A stretch of 64,000 bases of DNA from a virus (Duplodnaviria > Caudoviricetes). The stretch is taken from positions 17,597 to 81,596 of the IMG/VR virus record IMGVR_UViG_3300044840_000109; one strand, written 5' to 3'. A program made the translations under genes and the position numbers. Shown piece by piece: positions 45,381 through 55,690 of the stretch. Below the pieces are notes generated by a model that saw only the letters and a list, made by a program, of their open reading frames with translations, was not told the DNA's origin and did not search any database. Every line of letters starts with the position of its first letter. The stretch's first letter is position 1.

Positions 45381-46227
45381 ACAGCATGGCCAGGGTCAGT
45401 GGCAGCGCTACCTCCTGATCGCACACCTCATGGACGAACTTGCAATCGTTGAAGCGCGGGCCGGGCTGCGTGTCGATGAGGAAATTCATCAGGGTGAACC
45501 GGTCGCCCATGGGCAACGTCTTCGGTAGTTCCGCGCTGGCCTTGGAGGTGCTGCCGTCGGCGTGCTCGACCCGCAGGATGCAGCGGCCGAGCATGAGGGA
45601 GTTCTGCACGGCGTCGAGCGTGGTGTTCAGCGACCGGATCGCCATCTGGTCCGCGCCGTTTGGCAGCCGCACGTAGCCCGTCGCGCCGTGGCGCAGCGGT
45701 ACAGCGAACTCGGTCTGCTCCGGGTCCTCCAGGTGGCGCACGGGCACCTCGTCCAGGGCGAATTGGACATCGCTGCGTTCCCCGCAGTGCGGGCAGGGGA
45801 GGTTTTCGAAGTCCACCGTCTCGCCGAAGGTGACGCGGCGGATACCGAGGATCAGGGCCTCGCGGTCGCCGATGAGCAGCTGGTCGGCGACCGTCTTGGA
45901 CATGGACTGTGTGCCCACGGTGCGGGTGCCCCTGATGACCAGGGTTTCCAGGAGCTTGGCGGAGTCCGCGCCGCAGCGGGCCAGGGCCTCTTCGTCCAGG
46001 CCGGACAGCTCGCGGACCTCGGCGTCGCGGTGGAACTCGCCGTTGATCTGCAGCCCCTGTTCCAGTTGCAGGTGGGTGTCAGGCGCCGGCTTGATGACGG
46101 GCATGTCGGTGCCGCGGTCGGAGGTGAGGAGGGCGGCCGTCGCGGCGACCGCCTCCTCCGGGTTCTCCAGCGCGCTGATCGCCGTGCCGACGAAGTTGTC
46201 GAAATCGGGGAGAGGGGGCATGGCCAT
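45373..46227 (-). CDS. tail assembly chaperone (gp26-like)
   Basis: Between tube and TMP; VRELSG.DEE, IGDRE.L.L.IR, CPHC; ends ..LFR*. Confidence 0.75.
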   Translation of the reverse strand: MAMPPLPDFDNFVGTAISALENPEEAVAATAALLTSDRGTDMPVIKPAPDTHLQLEQGLQINGEFHRDAEVRELSGLDEEALARCGADSAKLLETLVIRGTRTVGTQSMSKTVADQLLIGDREALILGIRRVTFGETVDFENLPCPHCGERSDVQFALDEVPVRHLEDPEQTEFAVPLRHGATGYVRLPNGADQMAIRSLNTTLDAVQNSLMLGRCILRVEHADGSTSKASAELPKTLPMGDRFTLMNFLIDTQPGPRFNDCKFVHEVCDQEVALPLTLAMLFR

Positions 46228-46250
46228 ATCTGAGTCCTAGTGCGTTTCGG

Positions 46251-46841
46251 TTACGCCAGGAACGGCGCGACGGTGCCAGCGGGGCCGTAGGTCTTGGCGA
46301 CCTTGAAGTCCCATCCTTCGTGTGCGAACGTAATCTGCTGCAGCTCGACGCCGTTTGCCCCGCTGTCGAGGTCGCCAAAGGCAACGCTGGTGGGCCAAGC
46401 GTTGTACACCCGCCACGCCGCCTTATAGGTGACGGTGGGGCTGGTGACCGGGTGGTCGAGCAGGAAGATGTCGATGTTCGCGCGGAAGTCGGTCGCACCG
46501 GTCTGAGACCCGGTTCCCTGCAGCACCGCGAAGAGCTGCTGCGTCCAGCTGTAGAGGTCCGCGTCGCCGCAGATGAGTCCGCGAGACAGAGTGAGCGGTG
46601 CGAAATCGCTCTGACCAGGCATTTTCTGGGTTGTCGTGTTCATGCCTCCCTGTCGGTACACGATCACGTCCGTGGTGATCGACAGGCCGGAGACGGACAT
46701 GAAGCCCATCTGCGGGTTCCGCGTCGAGGAGTCAAGCCCCGCGTGGTGCAGCAGCACCTGGAACTTGAAGTTGCGCAGAGGATCCGATTGGATGTGTGCG
46801 AACGACAGGTGCTGGCTGGTCTGGGTGGTGGAAGTTGCCAC
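46251..46841 (-). CDS. tail tube protein (T4 gp19-like)
   Basis: DPLRNFKF, GF.SVSGL, KMPGQ..F..LTL.RG, AWP. Confidence 0.92.
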   Translation of the reverse strand: MATSTTQTSQHLSFAHIQSDPLRNFKFQVLLHHAGLDSSTRNPQMGFMSVSGLSITTDVIVYRQGGMNTTTQKMPGQSDFAPLTLSRGLICGDADLYSWTQQLFAVLQGTGSQTGATDFRANIDIFLLDHPVTSPTVTYKAAWRVYNAWPTSVAFGDLDSGANGVELQQITFAHEGWDFKVAKTYGPAGTVAPFLA

Positions 46842-46860
46842 GATGATTCACCTCGCTTTC

Positions 46861-48852
46861 TTACACGCCGCTGACGGAGGTCGAGACCCCGCCCTGGTAC
46901 TGGGAGATCTGGAGGACGACGTATTCGGCGGGGTTCTGCAGCGCGACACCGACCGTGATGTGGATTTCGCCGTTGCCCACCGTCTGAGGGGTGTTGTTGG
47001 TGCTGTCGCACACGACGAAATAGGCGCTGTCGGCCGTGGTCCCGGCCAGCTGTCCGGACATGAGCGCGGCGTTCAGCAGCGCCTGCACAACGCTGCTGAC
47101 GGTCTGCCACAGCAGCGGCCCGTTGGGCGCGAACACCGCGAACCGGGTCGCCTGCGAGAGCAGGTTCTCCAGGTAGGTCAACATTCGCCGGATCGGGATG
47201 TACCGGTCGGGCATGCCGGGCTTGAGGGTACGAACGCCCATGGGGCAGTAGCCGGCCTGCGGCACCGGCCTGATGACGTTCATCCCGGCGGTGTTGAGGG
47301 TGTCCAGCTGGTCCGAGGTGAACAGGTGCTCCACGCCGACCGCGCCGACCAACGGATAGTTGACGCCCGCGGGTGCCTGGTTGGGCCCGACCCGGCTGTC
47401 CGCCTGCGCGAACAGGCCCATCATGGCGCCGCCCGGAGGCAGGATCTTGGTCGCGGTGACCGACGTGCCGGCCGGGTCCGAGACCTGGATCCACGGCCCG
47501 TACATCGCCGCATAGGAGGTGACGGGGGAGTAGGAGCCGGTGACCGTGGCGGCCGGGAGCAGCGCCGTGTACGCGGTGGTCGCAGCCGCCGAGTCGGAGG
47601 GGTAGGGGGTGGCGGGGGCGTCCAGGACCAGGAAGCCGGCGCCTCGCGCGACGATCCATGCGAGGGCGGCGGAGATGACGGACTGGGCGGGGATGGACCC
47701 GGAGGCCGAGAACTGGCCGCAGAGGTTGAGCAGCAGGACGTCCTCGATGGCGGCGAACCCGTTGGTCAGGCTGGTGGCGAGGTTGACGGCCGCAACGCCG
47801 TCGCTGCCTGCGGTGAGCGGGGTGCCGTTGCCGAGCACGGGGAACCAGCTCGCGTCCGGGGTGTTGCCAGTGCCCGGGGAGGTGGAGCCCGGGGGGAGCA
47901 TGTTGGTGAGGGTGATGTAGGCCGAGCCACCGACCGAGGAATTGATCATGGCGATGGCGTAGCGGGGATCGGTCGGGTTGAGGCTGACGTCCTGCCAGCT
48001 CTCCACTAGGGCGCCCGAGGCGTCGCTCCCCACCTTGACGAACAGGTGGAAGCGGCCGGTGGTCCAGGACTGCACCAGGTCGATGTAGAGCAGGTTGCCG
48101 AAGGCACCCAGGCCCTTGGCGCGGATCGTCAGCGCGGGGACCGGAGTGTAGGCGGCCAGGGTGCTGAAGGTCCCCGGGGTGGTCATGCCGGGGCCGGCGA
48201 CGGTGCCCTTGTAGGGGGTGACGTTGACGGTGTAGGCGGTGCCCGGGGTGAGTCCGGTGAAGACGACGCCGTTGGCGCCGGTGACGAACGGCACCCACAC
48301 GGTCTGAGAGACCGGGCTGGAGCCGGGAGGGGTGAGGACGACCTTGAACGCGTCGACGGTGCCGCTGCTGCCGGTCGCGGTGAACGTGACACCGATCGCG
48401 GTCTGCTCCGGGTTGATGATCGGCGAGGTGACCGAGGTCAGTGCCAGGACGGTGACCGGGAGCGTGGGCGCGCTGCCGGAGCCGGTGGGGGCGGAGCCGG
48501 GCGGGGTGGGCGTCTGGGTGCTGGCCGCGTTGGTGGGGACGTTGTTGACCGTCAGCGAGGCCGCTACGGCGTCGGAGGCGACCGCGCGCAGGATGTAGGC
48601 CTGGTCCCCGCCGTTCGCGAAATACTGGTACACCTGGTAAGGCAGGACGTCGTTTCCGGTGCCGAATCCGCCGTAGAGGGAGACGAACTGCGCCCAGGAC
48701 GAGACGAGCTTCGCGATGGTCGGGCCGGAATTGTGGGTGCCGACGAATGCACCGATTGCGGTGCCCGGCGCTACGGCTGCGGTGGGGAGCGGAAGGAGCG
48801 TTTCCGAGATGTAGATCCCGGGACGCTTGTACGGGTATGTGGGCGTGGACAT
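46861..48852 (-). CDS. tail sheath protein
   Basis: YKRPGIYI, PPGG...G, GINVI..VP....MG.RT, YIPIRR, VG.A...PAEY. Confidence 0.92.
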   Translation of the reverse strand: MSTPTYPYKRPGIYISETLLPLPTAAVAPGTAIGAFVGTHNSGPTIAKLVSSWAQFVSLYGGFGTGNDVLPYQVYQYFANGGDQAYILRAVASDAVAASLTVNNVPTNAASTQTPTPPGSAPTGSGSAPTLPVTVLALTSVTSPIINPEQTAIGVTFTATGSSGTVDAFKVVLTPPGSSPVSQTVWVPFVTGANGVVFTGLTPGTAYTVNVTPYKGTVAGPGMTTPGTFSTLAAYTPVPALTIRAKGLGAFGNLLYIDLVQSWTTGRFHLFVKVGSDASGALVESWQDVSLNPTDPRYAIAMINSSVGGSAYITLTNMLPPGSTSPGTGNTPDASWFPVLGNGTPLTAGSDGVAAVNLATSLTNGFAAIEDVLLLNLCGQFSASGSIPAQSVISAALAWIVARGAGFLVLDAPATPYPSDSAAATTAYTALLPAATVTGSYSPVTSYAAMYGPWIQVSDPAGTSVTATKILPPGGAMMGLFAQADSRVGPNQAPAGVNYPLVGAVGVEHLFTSDQLDTLNTAGMNVIRPVPQAGYCPMGVRTLKPGMPDRYIPIRRMLTYLENLLSQATRFAVFAPNGPLLWQTVSSVVQALLNAALMSGQLAGTTADSAYFVVCDSTNNTPQTVGNGEIHITVGVALQNPAEYVVLQISQYQGGVSTSVSGV

Positions 48853-48853
48853 A

Positions 48854-49834
48854 TCAGCTCCCAGCTATTTCGAGAGAGACAATCTGCGCGGTGGACTTCC
48901 GTCCGGAGGGCGCGTTGTCAGTGCAGACGACCGTGAGCGTCGGCGTGGGAGTGGGTGTGGCCACGGTGGGGGTTCCGAAAACTGCCCCATTCGCGGAGAG
49001 CTGGAGCCCCGCCGGAAGATTTCCGTACTGAATGGACCAGGTATAGGGTGGCTCGCCGCCGGACGCGGCCAGGCCGTGCTTGTAGGTAATCCCGGCGGTG
49101 CCTGCGGGCAGCGCCCTGGTGGTGACCAGCAATGGCTGCGCGGTGACCGCGGTGACGGGGTCCAGCGGGTCGATGAAGCCGGCCTGCAGCTGCGGCAGGT
49201 CGACCATCTGCAGCAGGATGCGCTGCGCCGGGGTGAGGGTTTCGATGGCGTAGAGGAAGATCTCCGAGGAGACGCGGATCGTCCACGAGGCCGTGAACAG
49301 GCGTTTTCCCAGGTCGTCCTTGGCTTCGGTGTACTCGGGGCCACCCAGCAGGTCCAGGCGGCGGGTGGTGCCGTCCTGCGGGATCGCCAGGTAGCCGTAC
49401 CGGTCCGCCAGGAAGTCGAACTGCATGAGCCTGCCGGTCAGCTCGATCATGTGCGTCTGCTTGCGGGTGAACACGTCGATCCGGTAGTCGATATTCAGCG
49501 GGATAGGCATCTGCGAGGAATACGGAGACCCGTTGGGGTCCGTCATGTCGCCCCACGGCGCGTATCCCTCGGGGGCGTATCCGACCGTTACGTACCCGCG
49601 CGATTCCCGCGCCGCGTCCTTGGAGATCGACGTGTGCGAGATCATGATCAGCGGGAACTGAGAATCCGACAGCTCGTACTCGGGGTTTTTGAACCGGACG
49701 ATAACCGGGCGCCCCGTGGTACCGGCAGTGGCGTCGTGCACAAAAAGGCCCTGAAGCTTGAGCTTCAGCGCCTGATCCTCGTTTTCAAGGAAAGGCACGG
49801 CGGTACTCCGGTATAGGCAGATGTTGATCGCCAC
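48854..49834 (-). CDS. tail terminator/completion protein with C-terminal Ig-like domain
   Basis: ENED.ALK..LQG; C-terminal ASGG.PPYTW...G.LP.GL.L...G...GTPT. Confidence 0.7.
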   Translation of the reverse strand: MAINICLYRSTAVPFLENEDQALKLKLQGLFVHDATAGTTGRPVIVRFKNPEYELSDSQFPLIMISHTSISKDAARESRGYVTVGYAPEGYAPWGDMTDPNGSPYSSQMPIPLNIDYRIDVFTRKQTHMIELTGRLMQFDFLADRYGYLAIPQDGTTRRLDLLGGPEYTEAKDDLGKRLFTASWTIRVSSEIFLYAIETLTPAQRILLQMVDLPQLQAGFIDPLDPVTAVTAQPLLVTTRALPAGTAGITYKHGLAASGGEPPYTWSIQYGNLPAGLQLSANGAVFGTPTVATPTPTPTLTVVCTDNAPSGRKSTAQIVSLEIAGS

Positions 49835-49872
49835 ACCAGAGTGCCGCCGTGCGATTTAGCCGGGGTAATTGA

Positions 49873-52683
49873 TCACACGCTGAACCAGTTGCCCGCCGAG
49901 GGAATTCCCTTCGCCGTTCCCCACTGCGTGGTAATCACGACCGACGCCCCGCCATTGATGGTCTGGCCGCCGGGGGCCACGACCGTGACCGTGTTCACCG
50001 AGGAGTCGACCTTCTGCACGCGCCAGGTGTTCGGGGTGAACCGCGCGTCGATGGTCGTGATGGTGACGTTGCCCGCCGTCGCGTTCACCAGGACCACCTC
50101 GTCGGTGACCAACATGGTGTAGTTCGCCGACTTGGCGATCACCGGGTAGGACCGCTGCCCGTCGATGATCTTCAGCCCGGTCGGGTGCGCCACGGTCACG
50201 CTGGCCTGGGTGTAGAGCCCCGTCAGCTTGATCGTTCCCAGCGCCGCCGCCAGGCCCGTGCCCGAGGTGCTGTCCACGAACGTGGGCGCCGAGCTTTCCG
50301 TGTCCAGTTGATCGATGTCGATGAACGGCCCGATGCCGTCCGAGCCCACACCGACCAGGTACACCTCATTGGTGCAGGACTCGATCGACAGCTGCAGCGC
50401 CTTGATCGCGTGCGTCGCGCCAACGCTGCTGTAGTACAGGCCCACCGGGCAGTACCCGGACCAGCAGTACAGCAGTCGCGCCGTGTCGGTCAGCGTGTGC
50501 TCCGTGGCGAAGTACGCCCACGTGTACCCGCCATGGCAGGTGATGTTCTTCACCACGGAGTTGTCGTTGTTGCCGTTCGCCGGCATCAGCCCACCGATGC
50601 TCAGACCGTTGGCGAACTGGTTCACCGACGCGTAGTCACCCGCAGGGACGTTGCCCGCGGTGCCATACGCGAAATTCTCCAGGTGCCCGTTCGCCAGGCC
50701 GCTGAAGTCCCAGGCCCCGTAGCTGAGCCCGTACAGCGAGTACGAGTTCAGGATCGACATGTCCTTGATGGTGACGATCATGTTGCTGTAGATCCCGGGG
50801 GAGATCCCGTAGCCCTGCGGCTGCGTGGGCCCACCGATGACGGACGGGTTGCCGAACGCGGAGATATCGGTGTTCTGCGCGCTCACACTGGCGTACACGC
50901 CGAACGCCACCAGCGTGGAGCCCGCGTACTGCGGAACCGTCTGCAGCCAGTGCTGCACACCGCTGCCGTTACCAATGCCCTGGAAAGTCAGCTGAACCTT
51001 CGCCCCCGTGGTGGGGACCAGCGGCAGCGGGATCACCGCGTTGCCCAGGGTGCCGCCGCCGTGCACCAGGCCGCCGGCCAGGACGTAGAACTGCTTGGTC
51101 GGCGCCGGGGTGAAGACGGTGGCCGCGCCGCCGTTGGCCAGCGCGTAGGCGACCGCGTTGTTGGTGGCGGTCCTGAACGCCACGGTGTCGTCGGTGCCCC
51201 ACATGACGGTCGCGGCGGTGATGTCGCCGCCGGAGGCATTGGTGGCGCTGAGAGTGATCTGCGAGTTCGATTGCTTGCTCGCGACCGTGGTGACCAGCGT
51301 GGTGACGCCGAGGATTCCGGCCTTCTTGACCTGCACCGGCATCCCGGGGATCGCGTTCGCGAACCTCGCACTGGCGGAGGTGAGCACCGCCGAACCGGAC
51401 GTCATGGCACCGTCGATCACGACCTGCCCGTCACCGACCGCCCCGGCCACCGCGACATTGAAGATCCACGGACCGGTGCCCATGGTGTGCGTCCACGCCG
51501 CCGACGTCGAACCGGTCGCCGCCAGCGCGGTACCGACCGCCGGAGTACCAGAAATCGCGGCGCCGGCCAGCTTCGCGACACCCGGGTTGGGATAGGTACC
51601 GCTGAGGTCGCCGCCAGCGGCGCCAGAGGGGGCGCCGGAGGCCGGGGTCGACCAGGCCGCGGCCGAGGAGGAGGACGCGATGGGCACCATGCCCGAACTG
51701 GGCGTCCCCGTGATCGCAATGCCATTGACCTTCGCAACGCCGGGGTTCGGGTAGGTTCCGCTGAGATCCCCTCCTGCAGCGCCCGTGGGAGCGCCGCCGG
51801 TGGCCGGTGTCTGCCACGTCGCGGTGGTGCCCGACGTCGCGGTCAGCACCTGCCCGCTGGCGGGAGTAGCAGGGACGGAGGTGCCGTTGACCTTCGCCAC
51901 GGTGGGCGCCGGGTAGGTACCGGACAGGTCACCGGTGGCGGAGCCCGTGGGAGAGCCGGACGGCGTGGTCCAGGCCGCCGCCACGCCGCTGGACGCGGTG
52001 GGCACCTGCCCGGCCGTAGGGGTACCGGAGAGGGTGACGCCCGCGACTTTCACCACGCTGGGGTTCGGGTAGGTGCCCCCGAGGTCACCACCGGCGCTCC
52101 CGGACGGCGCACCGCCTGCGGGGGTGGCCCACGCGGCGGCCGAACTGCCGGACGCGGTGAGTACTTGCCCGGTGGTCGGGGTGCCCGAGACGCCGATCCC
52201 GGCGACCTTCGCGACCGAGGGGTTGGGATAGGTGCCGGACAGGTCGCCGCCGGCCGGGCCGCTGGGAGCGCCCACGGGCAGGTAGCTGCCGGAGTACGGG
52301 GCGCGCGGAGCCAGCTGCGCGATGTCGACGGTGGACGGGGACTGCGGCAGGAAGATGGAGTACTGGCGCACCGGCGAGACGATCGGGGAAAGACCCGAGG
52401 TGGCGGAGACCTGCGAGTAGATGCGCTCGGTGACCTGGTACGTCCACCCCGTGGGCGACATCCCGGAGTTGTCGGTGGATATCAGCGCGACCGAGAACTG
52501 TCCGTTGAGGTCGAGCGTCACCGTCGCAGGAAGCGCGGAAATCGCGTGGGATCCCGTGAACGTGAGCACCATCGGTGGCTGGAATGTCAGCGTCCCCGCG
52601 AGGGCATTACCCTCCGGGTCGAGATAGGTGCCGGTGAGGATCGTAGTGGCGATTCCAGCAGGAAACACCGATGGAGTTGGCAT
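49873..52683 (-). CDS. large virion fibre/appendage protein with tandem repeats
   Basis: 936 aa; five [11 protein letters not shown] repeats and a beta-rich C-terminal region. Confidence 0.7.
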   Translation of the reverse strand: MPTPSVFPAGIATTILTGTYLDPEGNALAGTLTFQPPMVLTFTGSHAISALPATVTLDLNGQFSVALISTDNSGMSPTGWTYQVTERIYSQVSATSGLSPIVSPVRQYSIFLPQSPSTVDIAQLAPRAPYSGSYLPVGAPSGPAGGDLSGTYPNPSVAKVAGIGVSGTPTTGQVLTASGSSAAAWATPAGGAPSGSAGGDLGGTYPNPSVVKVAGVTLSGTPTAGQVPTASSGVAAAWTTPSGSPTGSATGDLSGTYPAPTVAKVNGTSVPATPASGQVLTATSGTTATWQTPATGGAPTGAAGGDLSGTYPNPGVAKVNGIAITGTPSSGMVPIASSSSAAAWSTPASGAPSGAAGGDLSGTYPNPGVAKLAGAAISGTPAVGTALAATGSTSAAWTHTMGTGPWIFNVAVAGAVGDGQVVIDGAMTSGSAVLTSASARFANAIPGMPVQVKKAGILGVTTLVTTVASKQSNSQITLSATNASGGDITAATVMWGTDDTVAFRTATNNAVAYALANGGAATVFTPAPTKQFYVLAGGLVHGGGTLGNAVIPLPLVPTTGAKVQLTFQGIGNGSGVQHWLQTVPQYAGSTLVAFGVYASVSAQNTDISAFGNPSVIGGPTQPQGYGISPGIYSNMIVTIKDMSILNSYSLYGLSYGAWDFSGLANGHLENFAYGTAGNVPAGDYASVNQFANGLSIGGLMPANGNNDNSVVKNITCHGGYTWAYFATEHTLTDTARLLYCWSGYCPVGLYYSSVGATHAIKALQLSIESCTNEVYLVGVGSDGIGPFIDIDQLDTESSAPTFVDSTSGTGLAAALGTIKLTGLYTQASVTVAHPTGLKIIDGQRSYPVIAKSANYTMLVTDEVVLVNATAGNVTITTIDARFTPNTWRVQKVDSSVNTVTVVAPGGQTINGGASVVITTQWGTAKGIPSAGNWFSV
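51487..52260 (-). repeat. five roughly 52-aa tandem repeats [15 protein letters not shown]...W
   Basis: Counted in the translation of 49873..52683. Confidence 0.85.
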
Positions 52684-52726
52684 AGACGTCTCCTAGAAGG
52701 AACCGCGCGTTACAGATCAGCCCCGC

Positions 52727-52954
52727 CTATTCCGACTTCGGGGCCTGCGGATTTCCTGCCGAATCACTTTCCGAGACGCTTGCGCCAGTGCCTGCCAGTA
52801 GCTGGTCACGCAGCCACACAAGGTTCTGGACGACTTCCTGCTTGAACTGCGCGGAACCCACCACAGGAAGCGGTGGTGGCTGCACCGGCTCCGGCGCCGA
52901 CTTCTCCTCCACGGCATCGCTACTCGTATCCTTCGTCGTGGTAGATCGAGCCAT
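52727..52954 (-). CDS. hypothetical protein
   Basis: 75 aa. Confidence 0.55.
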   Translation of the reverse strand: MARSTTTKDTSSDAVEEKSAPEPVQPPPLPVVGSAQFKQEVVQNLVWLRDQLLAGTGASVSESDSAGNPQAPKSE

Positions 52955-53543
52955 GGGAGGGTCCTCTCGGCATTGTCTTCAGCGGTTCGCTGAACGTTTC
53001 GTCCGTAGACGCATTATTGAAGTTGATGTCGACCAGGTAGTCCTTGAACATCGGGTCGTTGACCAGCTCGTCATTCATGATCTGCGCTGCCGAGATCGTC
53101 ACGATAATGTCGCGCCGGCGCATCTGGCCCGAGATATCCACGTGCTTCACGCCGAAGATGATTCCGTCGTACGTGATGCGATCGCGCTGATAAGCGCCGT
53201 GCTTGAGGTCCACCTCCGTCAGCCCGACCTTCATGAGCTGTTCGAAGGAGCACACCGCCATCAGCGAGTCCGTCACATAAAGGCCCGCATCCCGCGGCTC
53301 GGTGTCCGTGGCCTCGTTGTGCGAAACATGCAGCGCCGGAACCTGCCATGCGCCGTAGAACTGCTTTCCGATACCGGTGCCCTCGTCGTAGACGGGGTGC
53401 ATCTGCGAGGCCACCTCATCGAAACGCCAGTACGTGAAGGAGTCACCCCACCCGCGCTGCCATCCCCGAAGGCCGCGGTGGATGAACGTCGTCTCCGTAT
53501 TGACGTTCCACCGCCCCCGCTTCCAATCCAGACGCGACCGCAT
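52920..53543 (-). CDS. head-tail adaptor/neck protein
   Basis: Start MRSRLDW; position between capsid and sheath. Confidence 0.65.
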   Translation of the reverse strand: MRSRLDWKRGRWNVNTETTFIHRGLRGWQRGWGDSFTYWRFDEVASQMHPVYDEGTGIGKQFYGAWQVPALHVSHNEATDTEPRDAGLYVTDSLMAVCSFEQLMKVGLTEVDLKHGAYQRDRITYDGIIFGVKHVDISGQMRRRDIIVTISAAQIMNDELVNDPMFKDYLVDINFNNASTDETFSEPLKTMPRGPSHGSIYHDEGYE

Positions 53544-53544
53544 A

Positions 53545-54387
53545 TCAGCCCCACAGCCCCGAGATAATCGGCGACGGAATCCCCGACTCGTCCTGGTACT
53601 CCTCGCCGTCGATGAACGGAAGCAGCCGCTGCGGGTATGAGGCGTCGTCGTATTCGCGATCCTTGAACACCGGCACCAGCCGATTCGTCGTCCGGGAAAC
53701 GCGCCGCAGGGTGAAGTTCTCGATCCGCGACAGGCCGACATTCAGCTGCTCGGCGAGCTGGTTGTACCGACCGGTCAGCCCCGAGGAGGCGCTGCCGATC
53801 ATCTCCATGAGCTGCCGGTAGCGCTGGGTGCGCGCCACAAAAGTGCCCTCGGACGTACTGATGTCGATATCCGTGGACGCGTCGATCGCCAGCGTCCACA
53901 AGACATTGATGGTCGCCAGATAACCCACCAGCGGCGTCTCCACCGGGGGCAGCGACGCCAGCGTGATCGGGGTGTAGTCGTACCGGATGAAACCGTGGGT
54001 GTCCCGGTAGCGCACCGAATTCTGGCGCCCGTAGGTGTGCTGGTTCATCGCGTCATCGACATAGGTTTTGAGGTCGTCGTCGGAGAACATCCCCTGCGAC
54101 GTCCCCTCCACCCGAAGGCCCTGGCCCTCGTGCAGCGGCGAATACACCGGATTGACCAGCACAATGCGGCCCTCGGCGATGTCCAGGACGTAGTCAGTCC
54201 CCGGCGTCAGCAGGTATCCCATCGGAGGAGTTCCCTGCGTCACCGTGGCCGTCGCCCGCGCGACATTCGTCTCGGAGAGGTCGTAGGAGGAAAGCTCGTC
54301 GCCGCCGAGGAACGTGTCGATGAACGGCGACCCGAAGTCACCGATATCGGAGCGGATGCGTTTGATGACCGACGCGTAATCCGTCAT
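53545..54387 (-). CDS. head completion/neck protein
   Basis: Start MTDYASV; R.DIGD, LWTLA.DA..DIDI..EG motifs. Confidence 0.65.
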   Translation of the reverse strand: MTDYASVIKRIRSDIGDFGSPFIDTFLGGDELSSYDLSETNVARATATVTQGTPPMGYLLTPGTDYVLDIAEGRIVLVNPVYSPLHEGQGLRVEGTSQGMFSDDDLKTYVDDAMNQHTYGRQNSVRYRDTHGFIRYDYTPITLASLPPVETPLVGYLATINVLWTLAIDASTDIDISTSEGTFVARTQRYRQLMEMIGSASSGLTGRYNQLAEQLNVGLSRIENFTLRRVSRTTNRLVPVFKDREYDDASYPQRLLPFIDGEEYQDESGIPSPIISGLWG

Positions 54388-54398
54388 GGCAATGCCTC

Positions 54399-54863
54399 TT
54401 ACGTAAGACCCATCACCAGACCGCCCGCAGCGAGCTGCAGAGCCTGGTTCTGCACGGTGGTCAGACCACTGGCCAAATTCCAGGCCATCAGGCAAATGCC
54501 CGACGTCCCGGTCATCCGAGTCACCAGCGCCGCCGCGAGCACCGGCGCCGACAGACCGCTCGGGTCCGAGAAAGGCCCGAACTGCACCAGCAGCGAGTTC
54601 GCGATCGTCCGCGCGGACAGCGGGGCCGCCCACGGGACCGGCTGCCGGGCGTACCCGGTACCGGTGACCTCCAGGCCGCCCAGGGTGGACATCACCGTCG
54701 AGGCGTCCGTCACCGTCGCGTTGAGCAGCATCAGGTACGTCGCCGTCGGCAACGGGTCACCGGCCGCCGTCTTCGCAGCCCACTCGGTCGCCAGCGGCGT
54801 CGACTGACCCACCAGGTACCCGAGGTCCGTCAGCGCACCCTGCAGCGCGATGAAACTGCTCAT
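54399..54863 (-). CDS. structural protein
   Basis: EV.G.GYARQ.V.W pattern. Confidence 0.65.
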   Translation of the reverse strand: MSSFIALQGALTDLGYLVGQSTPLATEWAAKTAAGDPLPTATYLMLLNATVTDASTVMSTLGGLEVTGTGYARQPVPWAAPLSARTIANSLLVQFGPFSDPSGLSAPVLAAALVTRMTGTSGICLMAWNLASGLTTVQNQALQLAAGGLVMGLT

Positions 54864-55216
54864 GCGCCTTCACCGTCCTGCGCGGCGCGTTCGCTCTCCT
54901 CCGGTGGCTCACTGCCCTCGGCGAACAGCTCAGCGAACGTGTCCGCGTGGATCTGCGAGTGGTGCACCGCGATGCCCTCAGGGGTGTGCTGATGCCACCG
55001 CACGAGGGGGGAGGGGGTATCCACATAGCCGGTGCCCGGCGTCCCCACCTCGGGGACGTCGATCACCTGCACCATGCGCTGGCGCTCCTCGCCCTGGTGG
55101 ACGTAGACCGCCTTGAGCATCCCCACGCCGGCCCCGTAGTCCGACAGGAGCTGGTACCACTGCCCGATCACGGGCATCTTCCCCGCGTCCTTCAGAGACT
55201 TTGCAGCCTTCGTCAC
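54860..55216 (-). CDS. hypothetical protein
   Basis: GTG 55216 after GAAAGGG SD. Confidence 0.6.
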   Translation of the reverse strand: MTKAAKSLKDAGKMPVIGQWYQLLSDYGAGVGMLKAVYVHQGEERQRMVQVIDVPEVGTPGTGYVDTPSPLVRWHQHTPEGIAVHHSQIHADTFAELFAEGSEPPEESERAAQDGEGA

Positions 55217-55230
55217 GGCACTGCCCTTTC

Positions 55231-55614
55231 TTAGAGCCACTGCCAGACGTAACCGAGCTGATGCAGGTGCCGCGCGACATTCATCGGAACGCGGTAGACC
55301 TGGCCCTCCTGGAACTCGAAGACATTGCCCTGGCCGATGGTCACCTTCTCCAGGTCACAGGCGATGCGAATCGTCGCGAAATCCGGCTCGATCTGCACCG
55401 GAGCATCCGAGACATCGTCGTCCGACTCAGGCACGAAAATCGCCGCACCGGTCAGGTCGATCGGATTGTCAAGGTTCTCCGCCGCCTCCTGCGCGCGCAT
55501 GGCGATAGAGCCCTGCCGGGCCGCCACCTCTTCGCGGTGCTGCTCGGCGAGAATGCGCTTCTGATTCCCGGTGTAGTCCTTGGGATTTGGCTTCGTTGCA
55601 CGGGCCGCGGGCAT
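55231..55614 (-). CDS. hypothetical virion protein
   Basis: Start MPAARATK after AGGAG SD. Confidence 0.7.
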   Translation of the reverse strand: MPAARATKPNPKDYTGNQKRILAEQHREEVAARQGSIAMRAQEAAENLDNPIDLTGAAIFVPESDDDVSDAPVQIEPDFATIRIACDLEKVTIGQGNVFEFQEGQVYRVPMNVARHLHQLGYVWQWL

Positions 55615-55642
55615 CGGTTCTCCTAGTAGAGATGAGTGTGGT

Positions 55643-55675
55643 TGGGGCGCAGGTCCCGACACTGCCTGCGCCCCA
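55643..55675 (-). terminator. terminator after the capsid gene
   Basis: TGGGGCGCAGG/CCTGCGCCCCA 11-bp stem. Confidence 0.7.
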
Positions 55676-55690
55676 CGAATGCGGTACGGA

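Noticed and set aside
36149-48852. Stand-alone extracellular contractile injection system
   Set aside because: Capsid, portal, terminase and replication genes are present, so this is a myovirus-type phage.
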